Shown: positions 1-9,320 of the stretch, in pieces
Layout of the letters: each line of letters starts with the position of its first letter
How positions within the stretch are numbered: the stretch's first letter is position 1
The notes under the pieces: model-generated
Told to the model about the DNA's origin: nothing
Seen by the model: the letters and a program-made list of their open reading frames with translations, nothing else
Databases searched by the model: none
Source: an uncultured Verrucomicrobiae bacterium
GTDB lineage: Bacteria; Verrucomicrobiota; Verrucomicrobiia; Limisphaerales; Palsa-1400
Assembly: GCA_963707025.1 (NCBI GenBank)
Contig: CAVPOM010000010.1
Location: forward strand, 96,001 to 160,000
DNA: 64,000 nt
Reading direction: 5' to 3'
Position numbers and translations under genes: made by a program

Positions 1-166
1 CGTTTCACAATGTTGCATGGTGTCGGGAGTGGGACATTCCCGTCAATGAAACGATTTTCCATTCCTGCGGTTGAGCCGGGAATTTTACCGGCTTGACGAG
101 TTGGTTGATGGGTTGCGGAGCGGTTGCGGGGCATCCAGTGGAGATGAGGTTTTCATTTGTGTTCAT
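1..166 (-). pseudogene. N-terminal part of a probable RadC/JAB-domain protein, frameshifted and running off the window edge
   Basis: Reads MNTNENL...PQEWKIVSL; removing one base near position 43 continues it as RECPTPDTMQHCET, which resembles the N-terminus of RadC-like proteins of mobile elements (recall only). Confidence 0.45.
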
Positions 167-493
167 GTTTTGCGTTTTGTTCTGAAGGAGCGGGACTGCT
201 CTCTTCACCCGCCCGGAGAGAGCAGGACCGCTCCTGACAAAACGCACCCGTCTGTGCCCGCGCCGCCGGGCAGCGGAGCATCAGCAACTGAGTGACGGCG
301 GGCGCAAAGATATTGCGGCCGCTGGCGCGATGTTGCGCGGAGCAACCAGAGGCGCGGGTGCAGACGGGATGAACACAGATGAAGTTCTCGTCAACGGATG
401 ACGGCAGAATCAGCTATCAAACCGGTGGCGGATTTCCATTCACGGGAGCGCGAAAATGAGCATTCAGCAAAATTGCCAGCAACCCAAAAAATT

Positions 494-653
494 AGTGCCA
501 GTGGAAGTGCCAGTGATTCCCCGTGAAACCGTCATCATTTTGGCTGAATTTCCAAAGAAGCCTAAAACTTGTAGCCGGTGGTTGAGAACCCACCCCACCA
601 CCGCGAAATGCGACCAAAAAACGATCAAAAAAGTGCCAGTGAAAGTGCCAGTG
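494..653 (+). repeat. Four AGTGCCAGTG direct repeats in two tandem pairs (arm-site-like)
   Basis: Copies at 494-503, 506-515, 632-641 and 644-653, with a 12-bp period inside each pair. Confidence 0.8.
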
Positions 654-837
654 AACGGGTGATAAATGAGTAATTGGTGAGTAGTTGATTGGTATTGGCT
701 GCGTAATGTCGGTGACTTGACACGCAGATAAAAATGCCTGATTCTATTGGCGTTCGTTAGTTATGAGGCTGTTCGCCTCTGGTGGTGGGGTGGTGGTCGC
801 GGAGTAATGGAAATTGAAAAAACTTCCAAAAGTCGTC

Positions 838-858
838 CGAATCCCACCCCTTCCGCCA
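838..858 (+). mobile_element. tRNA-Ser-like 3' end fragment (probable att site)
   Basis: CGAATCCCACCCCTTCCGCCA is a T-loop/acceptor 3' half ending in CCA. No 5' half lies upstream, and an integrase remnant is adjacent. Confidence 0.7.
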
Positions 859-1019
859 GTTGTTGCGAAACCCCCGTATTTACAGGGGTTTCCGCGTTTT
901 TTACGGCGTCGTTCGTGTTTTCGCTCATTTTTCGTTCCTTCGTTTTTTGAATTCTCCGGTGTATAAAGACCGGTGTGTAAGGTTTTTGGCCAAGGTTCTG
1001 CGGGTGGATCTTGCTTGGA

Positions 1020-1150
1020 CTGAGTGCCCAACCTGCACCCGGTGTAAGCGAGTAGTTCAGCAAAATCTGCGGCGGCCTGGCATGGTCCAAAAAGATGGGA
1101 GCGCATCCGGGTCACGATGGCTCCAAACTGCTCTGACGTTGGATAACGAA
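1020..1150 (-). pseudogene. Tyrosine recombinase/integrase remnant
   Basis: Translates to YPTSEQFGAIV...AADFAELLAYTGCRLG, matching box I (LxxTGxR) of tyrosine recombinases; both ends are missing. Confidence 0.7.
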
Positions 1151-1220
1151 GAGAGGGAAGAGGCGAGGGAGTGGCTGTCCCTGTTCTGGCATGAGGCGGT
1201 GGTGAGGGAGGTTGGGTGAG
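1151..1220 (+). repeat. 70-bp dispersed direct repeat, copy 1
   Basis: 66/70 identical to 5684-5753 by manual alignment. Confidence 0.9.
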
Positions 1221-1442
1221 GATGTGCTTGGATACTGCCAAGAATGCTCTGCCAATGGAGTTTTCTGCCCAGTCTGGTCATGGTTGGTTCATTCGTGGAA
1301 TCAACGACTTGGTGGGGTTGGGTGGAGAAGGTTGATATTTCGCAGCAGAAACCCTGGCAATCGACGGTCTGGGCGAAGAAAAGGGGTCTCATTTCTGGAA
1401 ATGGCAAGCCTCATGCTTCCAAGGTTGCAAGACAATTGCATT

Positions 1443-1625
1443 ATGAAAATTGAGCCAATCTCGCACAGCAAAGTCCGTCCGAAAACTCCGCCATTGACCT
1501 TTGGTGATTTCGTGGCGGGTGTTTACCACACTTTCGGCAAACGCAGAGCCAAAGGCGTTGTTCATCTCGCCGTGGCAACGCATCTGGTTGAATTCCGCGG
1601 CCCAGAACGGATTGAGATTTTTTGA
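1443..1625 (+). CDS. Small hypothetical protein (60 aa)
   Basis: ATG start, protein-like sequence MKIEPISHSK...LTFGDFVAGVYHTFGKRRAKGVVHLAV. Confidence 0.5.
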   Translation: MKIEPISHSKVRPKTPPLTFGDFVAGVYHTFGKRRAKGVVHLAVATHLVEFRGPERIEIF

Positions 1626-1912
1626 AGACTTTACCCTGCCATGCTCGTGATTATCAACATGATCCTTGAACCGGAAATGAATCCATAAAGAGCCTTAACC
1701 CCGATTGTGGCCGACACGCCTTCAATGGAAGTCGTAAACAATCGAGGCGGTTCTCTGTTCTGAAATGAGTTCAACGGAACCGTCAATACACGGCATTACG
1801 GCGGGGTATGTCTTTTTTGGGAGAGCCTCCTGCTTCACCGAGGGTTGCATTCGGTGATGGGCATGGTAGGTTGAATGGACGACGGTGCGTGTTGGTTTCG
1901 GCAGGTTTGCCA

Positions 1913-2702
1913 TCAAATATCGTGCGCACGCTCACCATTGACCGTTCTCCAAGATCGTAAGAACCTCCATGTCATCAGGTCATCATCAGGCAAAATCGTG
2001 AAATCATTGAACCCCCCTGGTTTGATCAACTTCTGGGCTTTCTCTTTCTCCCATTCCCTGGCCAACTCCTTCTCCACCATCGCCTGATAGTTGATTCCGC
2101 CGTTCAATTTCATCTCCCGCTCGTACACGGTGCGGACGGTGTGGTCATAAACCGCAGGGCTGCCGAGGTAGGCGTAACACCTCTCCCGAATCTGCACCAC
2201 ATGCCAGGCCGGCATCCAGCAGCACCTCGTAAGGCGGCATGGCCGGCACTTTTTCCGGATTTTTCGCCGAGTCGTGTTCCACTTCCACCACCCATCCGCC
2301 GTCCACCGCTCTGGCGCGGTATATATTTTGCTTGACAAAACCGGGGCCGCGCGTCAGCGCCTGCAGCAGTTGGATGACACCGGCGGCTTCATTGGTGGTT
2401 GTGGCCCCCATGCGCTGGCGGCTGAGGTAGCGCATGGTGGGCGTGAGCCAGTATCCGGCCCCCTTCCTGGGTTGCGGATTCTCCCGCAAGGCCGTCATGA
2501 GATCGAGAGCGTCGCCTGACGCCGACATCACCGCCCGAGGTTTGGCTGGCGCGTCCGGTATCAGCCGGGCGCCGGGCAGGCATTGCTGGAGCAATTTGTT
2601 CAGTTCGATGGCGTCCGTCCCCGCCGCCACTGACCAGGACTGGGCGGACAAAAGGACAGCCGCAATGAGCAGAAGTATTTTCATAACTTTTTGAGTTTTC
2701 AT
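1913..2702 (-). CDS. Secreted hypothetical protein, probably frameshifted near 2205
   Basis: Signal peptide MKILLLIAAVLLSAQSWSVAA. The ORF 2145-2702 appears to continue in the 1913-2338 frame (HVVQIRERCYAYLGSP...). Confidence 0.5.
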
Positions 2703-2779
2703 ACTGCTATTTTACTCGAACGAACCTTAAGGGGACGTGAAGATTGGCTGAGTGTCCCGCTCCGCCGGTTGCAGCCGGA

Positions 2780-2885
2780 CGGAAAACCCGCGGCAACTTG
2801 CTGCTGGAGAACCTGCCGCTGCGCCACCAACTGGTCCTGAGCCGGATTCCGAGCGACCCCGGCTGATGCCAATGGACCGGTTCCC
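2780..2885 (+). pseudogene. Degenerate N-terminal fragment of an integrase-core/IS481-like transposase
   Basis: Fragments NLLLENLPLRHQLVL and RPRLMPMDRF resemble the 'LLENLALRQQL...RPRL..DR.F' N-terminus of that family (recall). Confidence 0.35.
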
Positions 2886-3212
2886 GGCAGGCGCGGCCCT
2901 CCCATGGATGGCAAAAGCAAAAAGTCACTTGACTACAGTTGGAGCGTGTGCGGCCAGAAGAAGCGTCGCATTGTTATGCAGTTTCCATTCTTTTTGGCTG
3001 GATGGATTGCGGGCGCTTTGCCGCTGTGTGCTCAGCGGCCATGCCGACTGGGCGACCGCGCTGGCTTTGGACACTTCCGGCAGGCTGACTCTGGAAGGCG
3101 ACGCCAACGTCTGTGGCAGCATCGGACCCTGCCCGCTCTGCTCCAGCGGCTGCAAAGACGTTACCGTCATTGGCGTGGTCAGCCCCAAGGGCATTGATTA
3201 TTCTGTCAAATA

Positions 3213-4469
3213 TTGAGAAACGTGAAGACCTTCCCACATCTTGTCAACTTTCTCCTGACGATGGCCAGCGCGGCGGCGCAACCGCTCTCCAACCTGGTCT
3301 TCAACGTGGGAACCACCATCCAGGACACCGATCTTCAGAATTGGTCCTACGTTCTGCTGGGTTCCCCGCAAGTTCAGCTTCTCGCCGGCCAGCGCTTTGC
3401 CGTCTATGGCAAAAACGGTTTGCCGGCGGACCCCGGCGCCTTCACGCTGCGCGGCACGATTTTCCAGCAAAGCGACACCACCGCCATCAATAATCTGCTC
3501 AATCAGTCGGTGGCGCTGGGCGAGGATTTGAGCGCGCTCGACGCCGCGCTGGGGTTCTTGTTGCGGAATGTGCCTGGGATCTCCAGCCAAACCCTGCCGC
3601 AAAAAGTCCTCACCGCTTTCCTGACCGCCGCGGGCGACCCGACCACCGCGCCCGCGTTGATGGTGCTGGCCCGCTTGCATCCCGGTTTCAATCTTTGTTC
3701 CGGCCAGGCCTTCTCGGAGGTAATCAGCGCCACCACCACCTACGAAGTGCGCGAAGTTGACCCGGCCAGCGGACTGCCCGACGAGGTGGTGGGACGGGTC
3801 ACGATCATGCCCGGCGCGCCGGTCGTTTTGCCCGCGCCCGGCTATCCCTTCCAGGTCGTGACCAATGCGACCAGCGATCATCTGCGCATCCGGCTGCGCT
3901 GGGGCACGCCCGACGCCTTGCGCCGATTGTCGCTTTTGCAATTCGGGTTCAATGTCTGGCGCATTGCGCTCGCCGCCGCCCTGGCCGGCAACTTCAACAC
4001 CACGCCGCCCACGACCGCCGCGCTGACCTCGAATCCCGATTTTACGCGCGTCAATACTATGCCGGTGCTGGCCATGACCGATTACGCGCCGCTGGACGGG
4101 CCGGGCGGACCGAACGATCCGGCGGATACCTCGACCTGCTTTTTCTCGGACCGCAACGGACGTTCGCCCGGCATCGCGCAATTTCCGCCGACCAACACTC
4201 CGCCGGGCTACCTGGCCGCTCCTTTCAACGATGGCGACCAATTCTATTACTTCATCACCGCGCGAGATGTTCTGGGACGCGACGGCCTGGTCTCGCCGGG
4301 CGGACTGGGCACCGCCTGCCGGAAAAGGCCGCCGCCCGCGCCCATGAATTTACGCGTCTTCAATAAGACGCAGGTCCTGCTGCTGGGCGGAGGGCAGACG
4401 ACGAACCAGGAACAATTGCTGCTGCACTGGGCGTTCCGTTCAGCCCGCCTCCGACCCCGCCCGTGCTGA
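3213..4469 (+). CDS. N-terminal part of a large secreted protein (Fn3-like beta-rich region)
   Basis: Signal-like N-terminus and motifs RLRWGTP..FNVWR and FYYFITARDVLGRDG; the frame degenerates after about 4430. Confidence 0.65.
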   Translation: MRNVKTFPHLVNFLLTMASAAAQPLSNLVFNVGTTIQDTDLQNWSYVLLGSPQVQLLAGQRFAVYGKNGLPADPGAFTLRGTIFQQSDTTAINNLLNQSVALGEDLSALDAALGFLLRNVPGISSQTLPQKVLTAFLTAAGDPTTAPALMVLARLHPGFNLCSGQAFSEVISATTTYEVREVDPASGLPDEVVGRVTIMPGAPVVLPAPGYPFQVVTNATSDHLRIRLRWGTPDALRRLSLLQFGFNVWRIALAAALAGNFNTTPPTTAALTSNPDFTRVNTMPVLAMTDYAPLDGPGGPNDPADTSTCFFSDRNGRSPGIAQFPPTNTPPGYLAAPFNDGDQFYYFITARDVLGRDGLVSPGGLGTACRKRPPPAPMNLRVFNKTQVLLLGGGQTTNQEQLLLHWAFRSARLRPRPC

Positions 4470-4515
4470 TTGACCCACCAACACCAACACCCCGCCGGTC
4501 CTGGCCACCAATGAA

Positions 4516-5598
4516 GTGGTTCTGTCCCACGACGGCACGCTCTTTTACGGACGCCGTTCCCCGGCCAATGGCGGCACGATTTGGGCCATCAACCTGGATG
4601 GCAGCAGCGACACCTGCATCACCACCGGCTTGCGTCCGCGCGCCTCGAGCGACGGCCACTGGCTCGCCTTCTTGCGCAATGGCGATGAAATTTGGCTCCG
4701 CGACCTGGCGGCTGGCGCCGAACGATTGCTCGCCACCGCGCCCGGTCCGGTGACCGGATTCGGATGGGAAACCAACAATACCACCTTGGTGACAGATTAC
4801 GGCTGCGCCATTGGCGACTTGGACACCAACGGCGGATTCACCAGCCTCCTGACCGGCGATTGTTTCAACGTCGCTCCCGCTCGCAGCCCGGATGGCGCTC
4901 ACCTCGCGTTCCACAACCTCAATCCCACCACCGGCGCCGCAGGCATTTTTGTTGATAGCCAGCGGATTGTGGCGACTGTTTTCGGCGCCACCTGGCCGTC
5001 CTGGTCGCCCGACAGCAGCAACCTGGTGTTTTGCGACAACAACGACATCAATGGGGATTCGGGACAAAACCTTTGGATGCTCAATCCCGATGGCAGCGGG
5101 CTGATTCAGATCAGCGACTTCACCGACGCCAGCAACGGCTTCCCCCACGGCGCGCTCTGGTCGCCGGACGCCCAATCCCTGGTCGGCGCGGGAACTGTAT
5201 TTGACACGAACGGCCTGTGGGTCATTCCGCTGCGCGCCGACCGGCAAGGCTGCGACGGGCGGCCCTATCTGCTGCCGACCACTCCCGGCGATCCCATTGA
5301 CTTTGCGGGTTCGATCGCACTGGCGCCGGTGGCCAACGTATTTATCGGCACGCCGCCAGGCCTGTTCATCCGCCAAGACCCCGCTAACGTCGTGGCTTAC
5401 TGGAATACCAACTTCGTGGGGTTTACCCTGGAATCGCAGCCGACTCTGCCGGCCCCCTCCGCCTGGAACCCTGTCGGCGGCCCCTTCTATCTCAACGGCG
5501 CTTGTTTCGAATATTGGGAGGCCAGCACCAATTTGCAGACCGCGAAATATTTCCATCTGCACTACACCGGCGCCGCCGTGGTCCTGAGCCAGCACTGA
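4516..5598 (+). CDS. TolB-like (PD40) beta-propeller protein with C-terminal sorting-like domain; likely the C-terminal part of the upstream gene
   Basis: Repeats ASSDGHWLAF, RSPDGAHLAF, WSPDSSNLVF and WSPDAQSLV; C-terminus FTLES...W...KYFHLHY; no signal peptide. Confidence 0.75.
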   Translation: MVLSHDGTLFYGRRSPANGGTIWAINLDGSSDTCITTGLRPRASSDGHWLAFLRNGDEIWLRDLAAGAERLLATAPGPVTGFGWETNNTTLVTDYGCAIGDLDTNGGFTSLLTGDCFNVAPARSPDGAHLAFHNLNPTTGAAGIFVDSQRIVATVFGATWPSWSPDSSNLVFCDNNDINGDSGQNLWMLNPDGSGLIQISDFTDASNGFPHGALWSPDAQSLVGAGTVFDTNGLWVIPLRADRQGCDGRPYLLPTTPGDPIDFAGSIALAPVANVFIGTPPGLFIRQDPANVVAYWNTNFVGFTLESQPTLPAPSAWNPVGGPFYLNGACFEYWEASTNLQTAKYFHLHYTGAAVVLSQH

Positions 5599-5683
5599 CA
5601 AATACAAATAGGCAATGCCTCAAGGCCCCGGTTGAATGCGGTAAAACTGCATCAAACTGGAACTGGAAGGCGGATCGAGGGAG

Positions 5684-5753
5684 GAGAGGGGAGAAGCGAG
5701 GGAGTGGCTCTCCCTGTTCTGGCATGAGGCGGTGGTGAGGGAGATTGGGTGAG
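5684..5753 (+). repeat. 70-bp dispersed direct repeat, copy 2
   Basis: 66/70 identical to 1151-1220. Confidence 0.9.
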
Positions 5754-5899
5754 TTCGTGGTTGGAGAACTTCTCCAGAAAGCGACATGAACGCCGCCTGA
5801 GCTCCCGCCGTGTGCCGGCGACGGGCTGAACCGCACGAAAACCTAAAAGCGGTCATTTGGCTTTGAGAAGCTTTTTTTGCCGTGAGGATTTGGCCCTGA

Positions 5900-8104
5900 T
5901 TACTTATCGACGACTTGGAAGTCACGCGTGGCCCGGATGTCTTCCGAGGAGGCTCCGATCATGATTTGGAAGGTCCCGGGCTTGACGTGAAAGGCATGGA
6001 TGGATTCATCGTAGAAGGCCAGCTTCTCGCCTGGGACGGTGATTTCCACCTTCTTCGTTTCGCCGGGTTGCAGGTGAACGCGTTGGAATCCGCGCAGTTC
6101 CTTGATGGGACGCTTCACGCTGGGATTCTCTTCGTGGACGTAGAGCTGGACCACTTCGTCGCCTTCGCGTTTGCCGCTGTTGGAAACTTCGATGGCGGCG
6201 GTGATGCGGCCGGTTGACGCTATTTGGAGATCGGACAATTCGAGGCTGCCATATTTGAAGGTGGTGTAGCTCAGCCCGTGGCCAAAAGGAAAGAGCGGCT
6301 TGCCGCGCTGATACATGTAAGTGAAACCCTTGGTCACGTCATATTCGTCCTGCGGCGGAACCTGGTTGGTTGAAGCATAGACCGTGAGCGGCATGCGCCC
6401 GGCGGGGTTCACATCACCGAAAATGACATCAGCGATGGCATTTCCGCCTTCCTCGCCTCCCCACCAGGCTTCGATCAACGCTGTCGCCTGCTCGGCAATC
6501 CAAGGCTCGGTCAGGGGGCCGGCATTCATTTCAACAACCACGGTGCGGGGATTGGCCGCGACCACTGCCTTGACCAGTTCCAGTTGATTGCCCGGCAGGG
6601 CGAGCGAGACGCGATCCCGGCCCTCCGCTTCGATATCGAGGGTAGTGCCAACATAAACGATGGCGACATCCGCTTTCGAGGCGGCGGCGGCGGCGGTTTG
6701 GATTTCGTCGCTCTTTTCGGCGGGCGTACGGGCCGGGGTGCCACGTCGAGGCGGTGCGATCTCGCCGCCCTGTACATAAAGAACCTCCGTGCCGGGAGCC
6801 ATGCGGTTTTTAATGCCGGCGAGTGGCGTCACCGCATTGCTCACCCGTCCGCTGTAACCGCCGGCGGTAAAGATGTTCGCATGCGGCCCAATGACGGCGA
6901 TAGTCTTGATTGTAGAACGGTCCAAGGGAAGGAAATTGCTTTTATTGCCGAGCAGAACGATGGCTTCGCGTTCCGCCTGGAGCGACAATTGGCGGTGTTC
7001 GGGGCTGCCGATGACGCTCATGGGAATCTTGCTGAACGGAACCTGTTCCGGCGGGTCGAATTCGCCGAGGCGGAAACGGTCGCGCATCACGCGGAACACG
7101 GCATCGTTCAAGCGGGCTTCCCCCAACTTGCCCTCGCGAACCGCGATGGGGATGTTGGTCATAAATTCGGCGTCGGAAAAATCACAGCCCGCGTTAATTG
7201 ACAACGCGACGGCATCCACAAAAGTCATTTTGCCCGCCTCGTGGCCACGAACCATGGAATTGACGCCGCCCAGGTCGGAGACCACGAAGCCTTGGAAGCC
7301 CCATTGTTGCTTGAGGATGTCGGTCAGCAGGAACGTGTTGATGTTGTTGGGAGTGCCGTTGATGGCATTGTAAGAGGCCATGACGGACTGGGCCTGGCCT
7401 TCGACGATGCAATCATGGAAGTGCGGCAGCCAGAATTCGTGGAGCATCCGCTCGCTGACCGTGGCGGAGAGTTTCTGGCGGTCCTGCTCGACGTTGTTGA
7501 CGGCAAAATGTTTGAGGGTGGCAGCCAGCTTCAGATATTTCGGATCCTCGCCCTGCAGGCCCTTGACATAGGCAACGCCCATCCGGCCGGTAAGAAAGGG
7601 GTCCTCGCCAAAACATTCATTGATGCGGCCCCAATATGGATTGCGGCTGATGTTGATGACCGGGGCGCGATAGATCAGGCCCTTTTTCTGCCCGCGGAAA
7701 TTCGGATCCTGATGCCAGCCGTTGTAGATGGCACGGGCTTCGTCTGAAATGGAACTGGCGACCCGGTTGACGAGGACGGTGTCCCAAGTGGCGGCCAGGG
7801 CAATCGAGACGGGAAACATGGTCGTGGGACGGTCCCAGACCACGCCGTGCAGGCACTGGTTCCATTTGTCGGATTTGATGCCGAACCGCTCGATGTCCGG
7901 ACCGACGTGGTTGAGCAGGATGCCCTTCTCCTCAAGGGTGAGGCGGGAAACAAGGTCGTTGACGCGGGCATTGACCGGCTGGGCGGGATCCAGATAGAGC
8001 GGCTTGGAATTATCCTGGGCAGCAGCAAATGTTGACAGGCACAACCCGAAGAGGCTGGCGAACCACCGCGATAGAATGAGTCTTTCTGGCTTCATGCTCT
8101 GCAT
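5900..8104 (-). CDS. Glycoside hydrolase family 3 (beta-glucosidase/xylosidase) with Fn3-like C-terminus
   Basis: Motifs RNPYWGRINECFGEDP, LKHFA, GFVVSD (nucleophile), EAEGRDR, FPFGHGLSYTTF and ELRGFQRV; signal peptide. Confidence 0.95.
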   Translation of the reverse strand: MQSMKPERLILSRWFASLFGLCLSTFAAAQDNSKPLYLDPAQPVNARVNDLVSRLTLEEKGILLNHVGPDIERFGIKSDKWNQCLHGVVWDRPTTMFPVSIALAATWDTVLVNRVASSISDEARAIYNGWHQDPNFRGQKKGLIYRAPVINISRNPYWGRINECFGEDPFLTGRMGVAYVKGLQGEDPKYLKLAATLKHFAVNNVEQDRQKLSATVSERMLHEFWLPHFHDCIVEGQAQSVMASYNAINGTPNNINTFLLTDILKQQWGFQGFVVSDLGGVNSMVRGHEAGKMTFVDAVALSINAGCDFSDAEFMTNIPIAVREGKLGEARLNDAVFRVMRDRFRLGEFDPPEQVPFSKIPMSVIGSPEHRQLSLQAEREAIVLLGNKSNFLPLDRSTIKTIAVIGPHANIFTAGGYSGRVSNAVTPLAGIKNRMAPGTEVLYVQGGEIAPPRRGTPARTPAEKSDEIQTAAAAASKADVAIVYVGTTLDIEAEGRDRVSLALPGNQLELVKAVVAANPRTVVVEMNAGPLTEPWIAEQATALIEAWWGGEEGGNAIADVIFGDVNPAGRMPLTVYASTNQVPPQDEYDVTKGFTYMYQRGKPLFPFGHGLSYTTFKYGSLELSDLQIASTGRITAAIEVSNSGKREGDEVVQLYVHEENPSVKRPIKELRGFQRVHLQPGETKKVEITVPGEKLAFYDESIHAFHVKPGTFQIMIGASSEDIRATRDFQVVDK

Positions 8105-8518
8105 CTTGCCCTCGGGCGTGTTTGCGGCCAAGAAGATTGGTATGCGGAGTCCCAATCGGGAGCTGCCCAGGGCTGCCGGTCGGCAAACTGAATCCAAACC
8201 CATTGCCATCGCAGAAGCCCGCACTCTTGCGCTCGCCACCGACGACAAATAGGCAAGAAAAATAATGCAGCGCCGAGGATTGAAAATCGAATTGTGGTCA
8301 ACTTGTGGTTTGCTCCCGCATTGGCAGCAAATGTGCAGTGACGGATGCCCGTGCCCCCTTCCGGCCTGTCCATCTGCGCAAACCGTGCAGGTTTTGCACA
8401 GTCAAGCGCAGCCTTTGCGCGTCCATATCCGTGTTTTAAGCGAGAAAACAACCCTTTCGCCTGGGGAAAGCGCCGCTTTCCCGATTGGCACGTTAGTTGC
8501 ATAAGAATGGATCGGGTG

Positions 8519-8767
8519 ATGAATATGAACGCAACAACACACGCAGCACAGCCCATGAATACGACGATATTGAATTATCCGGGTTTCCAAACCTTGCCAA
8601 AAGGAGTCCGGCAGATGTTGCTGGTTTCCGAGGCGTACTTTTTCAATGAACCCGCGTCGGATCATCAGGAGCAAAGGGTTGCAGCCAGGCGGGCCAATCG
8701 GGGTTCAAAGGACTTTATGGGAATCCCATTCCTCCCGGCGGGGTTCGCGCTGGATGTGCCAGCCTGA
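8519..8767 (+). CDS. Small hypothetical protein
   Basis: ATG-initiated ORF with protein-like core YPGFQTLPKGVRQMLLVSEAYFF. Confidence 0.4.
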   Translation: MNMNATTHAAQPMNTTILNYPGFQTLPKGVRQMLLVSEAYFFNEPASDHQEQRVAARRANRGSKDFMGIPFLPAGFALDVPA

Positions 8768-8885
8768 TGACGCGGGACAGCGTTACGAGCATCGGGTCTT
8801 ATGGATTTGCATGGGCGTGGCTGACCAGTATCGCGATCCCTGACAGTGTGACGAATATTGGCAGCAACGCTTTCTCTGTGTGCCG
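8767..8885 (+). pseudogene. BspA-type leucine-rich-repeat (LRR_5) fragment
   Basis: DSVTSIGSYGF..LTSIAIPDSVTNIGSNAF, about 1.5 repeats of the type found in 44444-45700. Confidence 0.6.
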
Positions 8886-9032
8886 GGCAACCAACGCGAC
8901 GTTCGCCAGCGGCGTCAAGAGTGCTACGACCGTCCTCTTGGACAGTGTGGCAAGTTGCTTGTCCTTCATCGTTCCAAGGGAGCCGTCTTCTTCGCGGGTG
9001 CCGGGCATGCCAACGTTTTGCCCCGCCGGCGA

Positions 9033-9317
9033 TCACGGCGAAACGATCAGATAAAACCGGATTGGCGCGTTGGTTGAATTATCCGTAATCGTTACAGTGC
9101 CTGCGCCAAATGTGCCATTGGTCAGCACCGTCCACTGGTTCAACGGCAGCGTGAGGTCGCCCGCAAATAACACTTGATAACTTTGTCCAGCTTGGGCGCT
9201 GAAACTGACCTGCCACCCTTCCGCTCCATTGGATATCGCCGGACTGGCAAAAAACGGCCTGACCAACGGCAGAATGTCCGCCGTCAATCCCGCCGGCTGG
9301 GCCAGCGTGTAGTTGGT
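9033..9317 (-). pseudogene. C-terminal 94 aa of the giant adhesin, separated from it by IS3
   Basis: Removing the IS and one GGC TSD joins ...GADA to TNYTLAQPAGLTAD...IRFYLIVSP in frame. Confidence 0.9.
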
Positions 9318-9320
9318 GGC

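Noticed and set aside
838..858. Complete tRNA-Ser gene
   Set aside because: Only the 3' 21 nt are present; upstream sequence cannot form the D or anticodon arms.
1151..1220. 70-bp repeat as an integron attC site
   Set aside because: No RYYYAAC/GTTRRRY ends and no internal palindrome.
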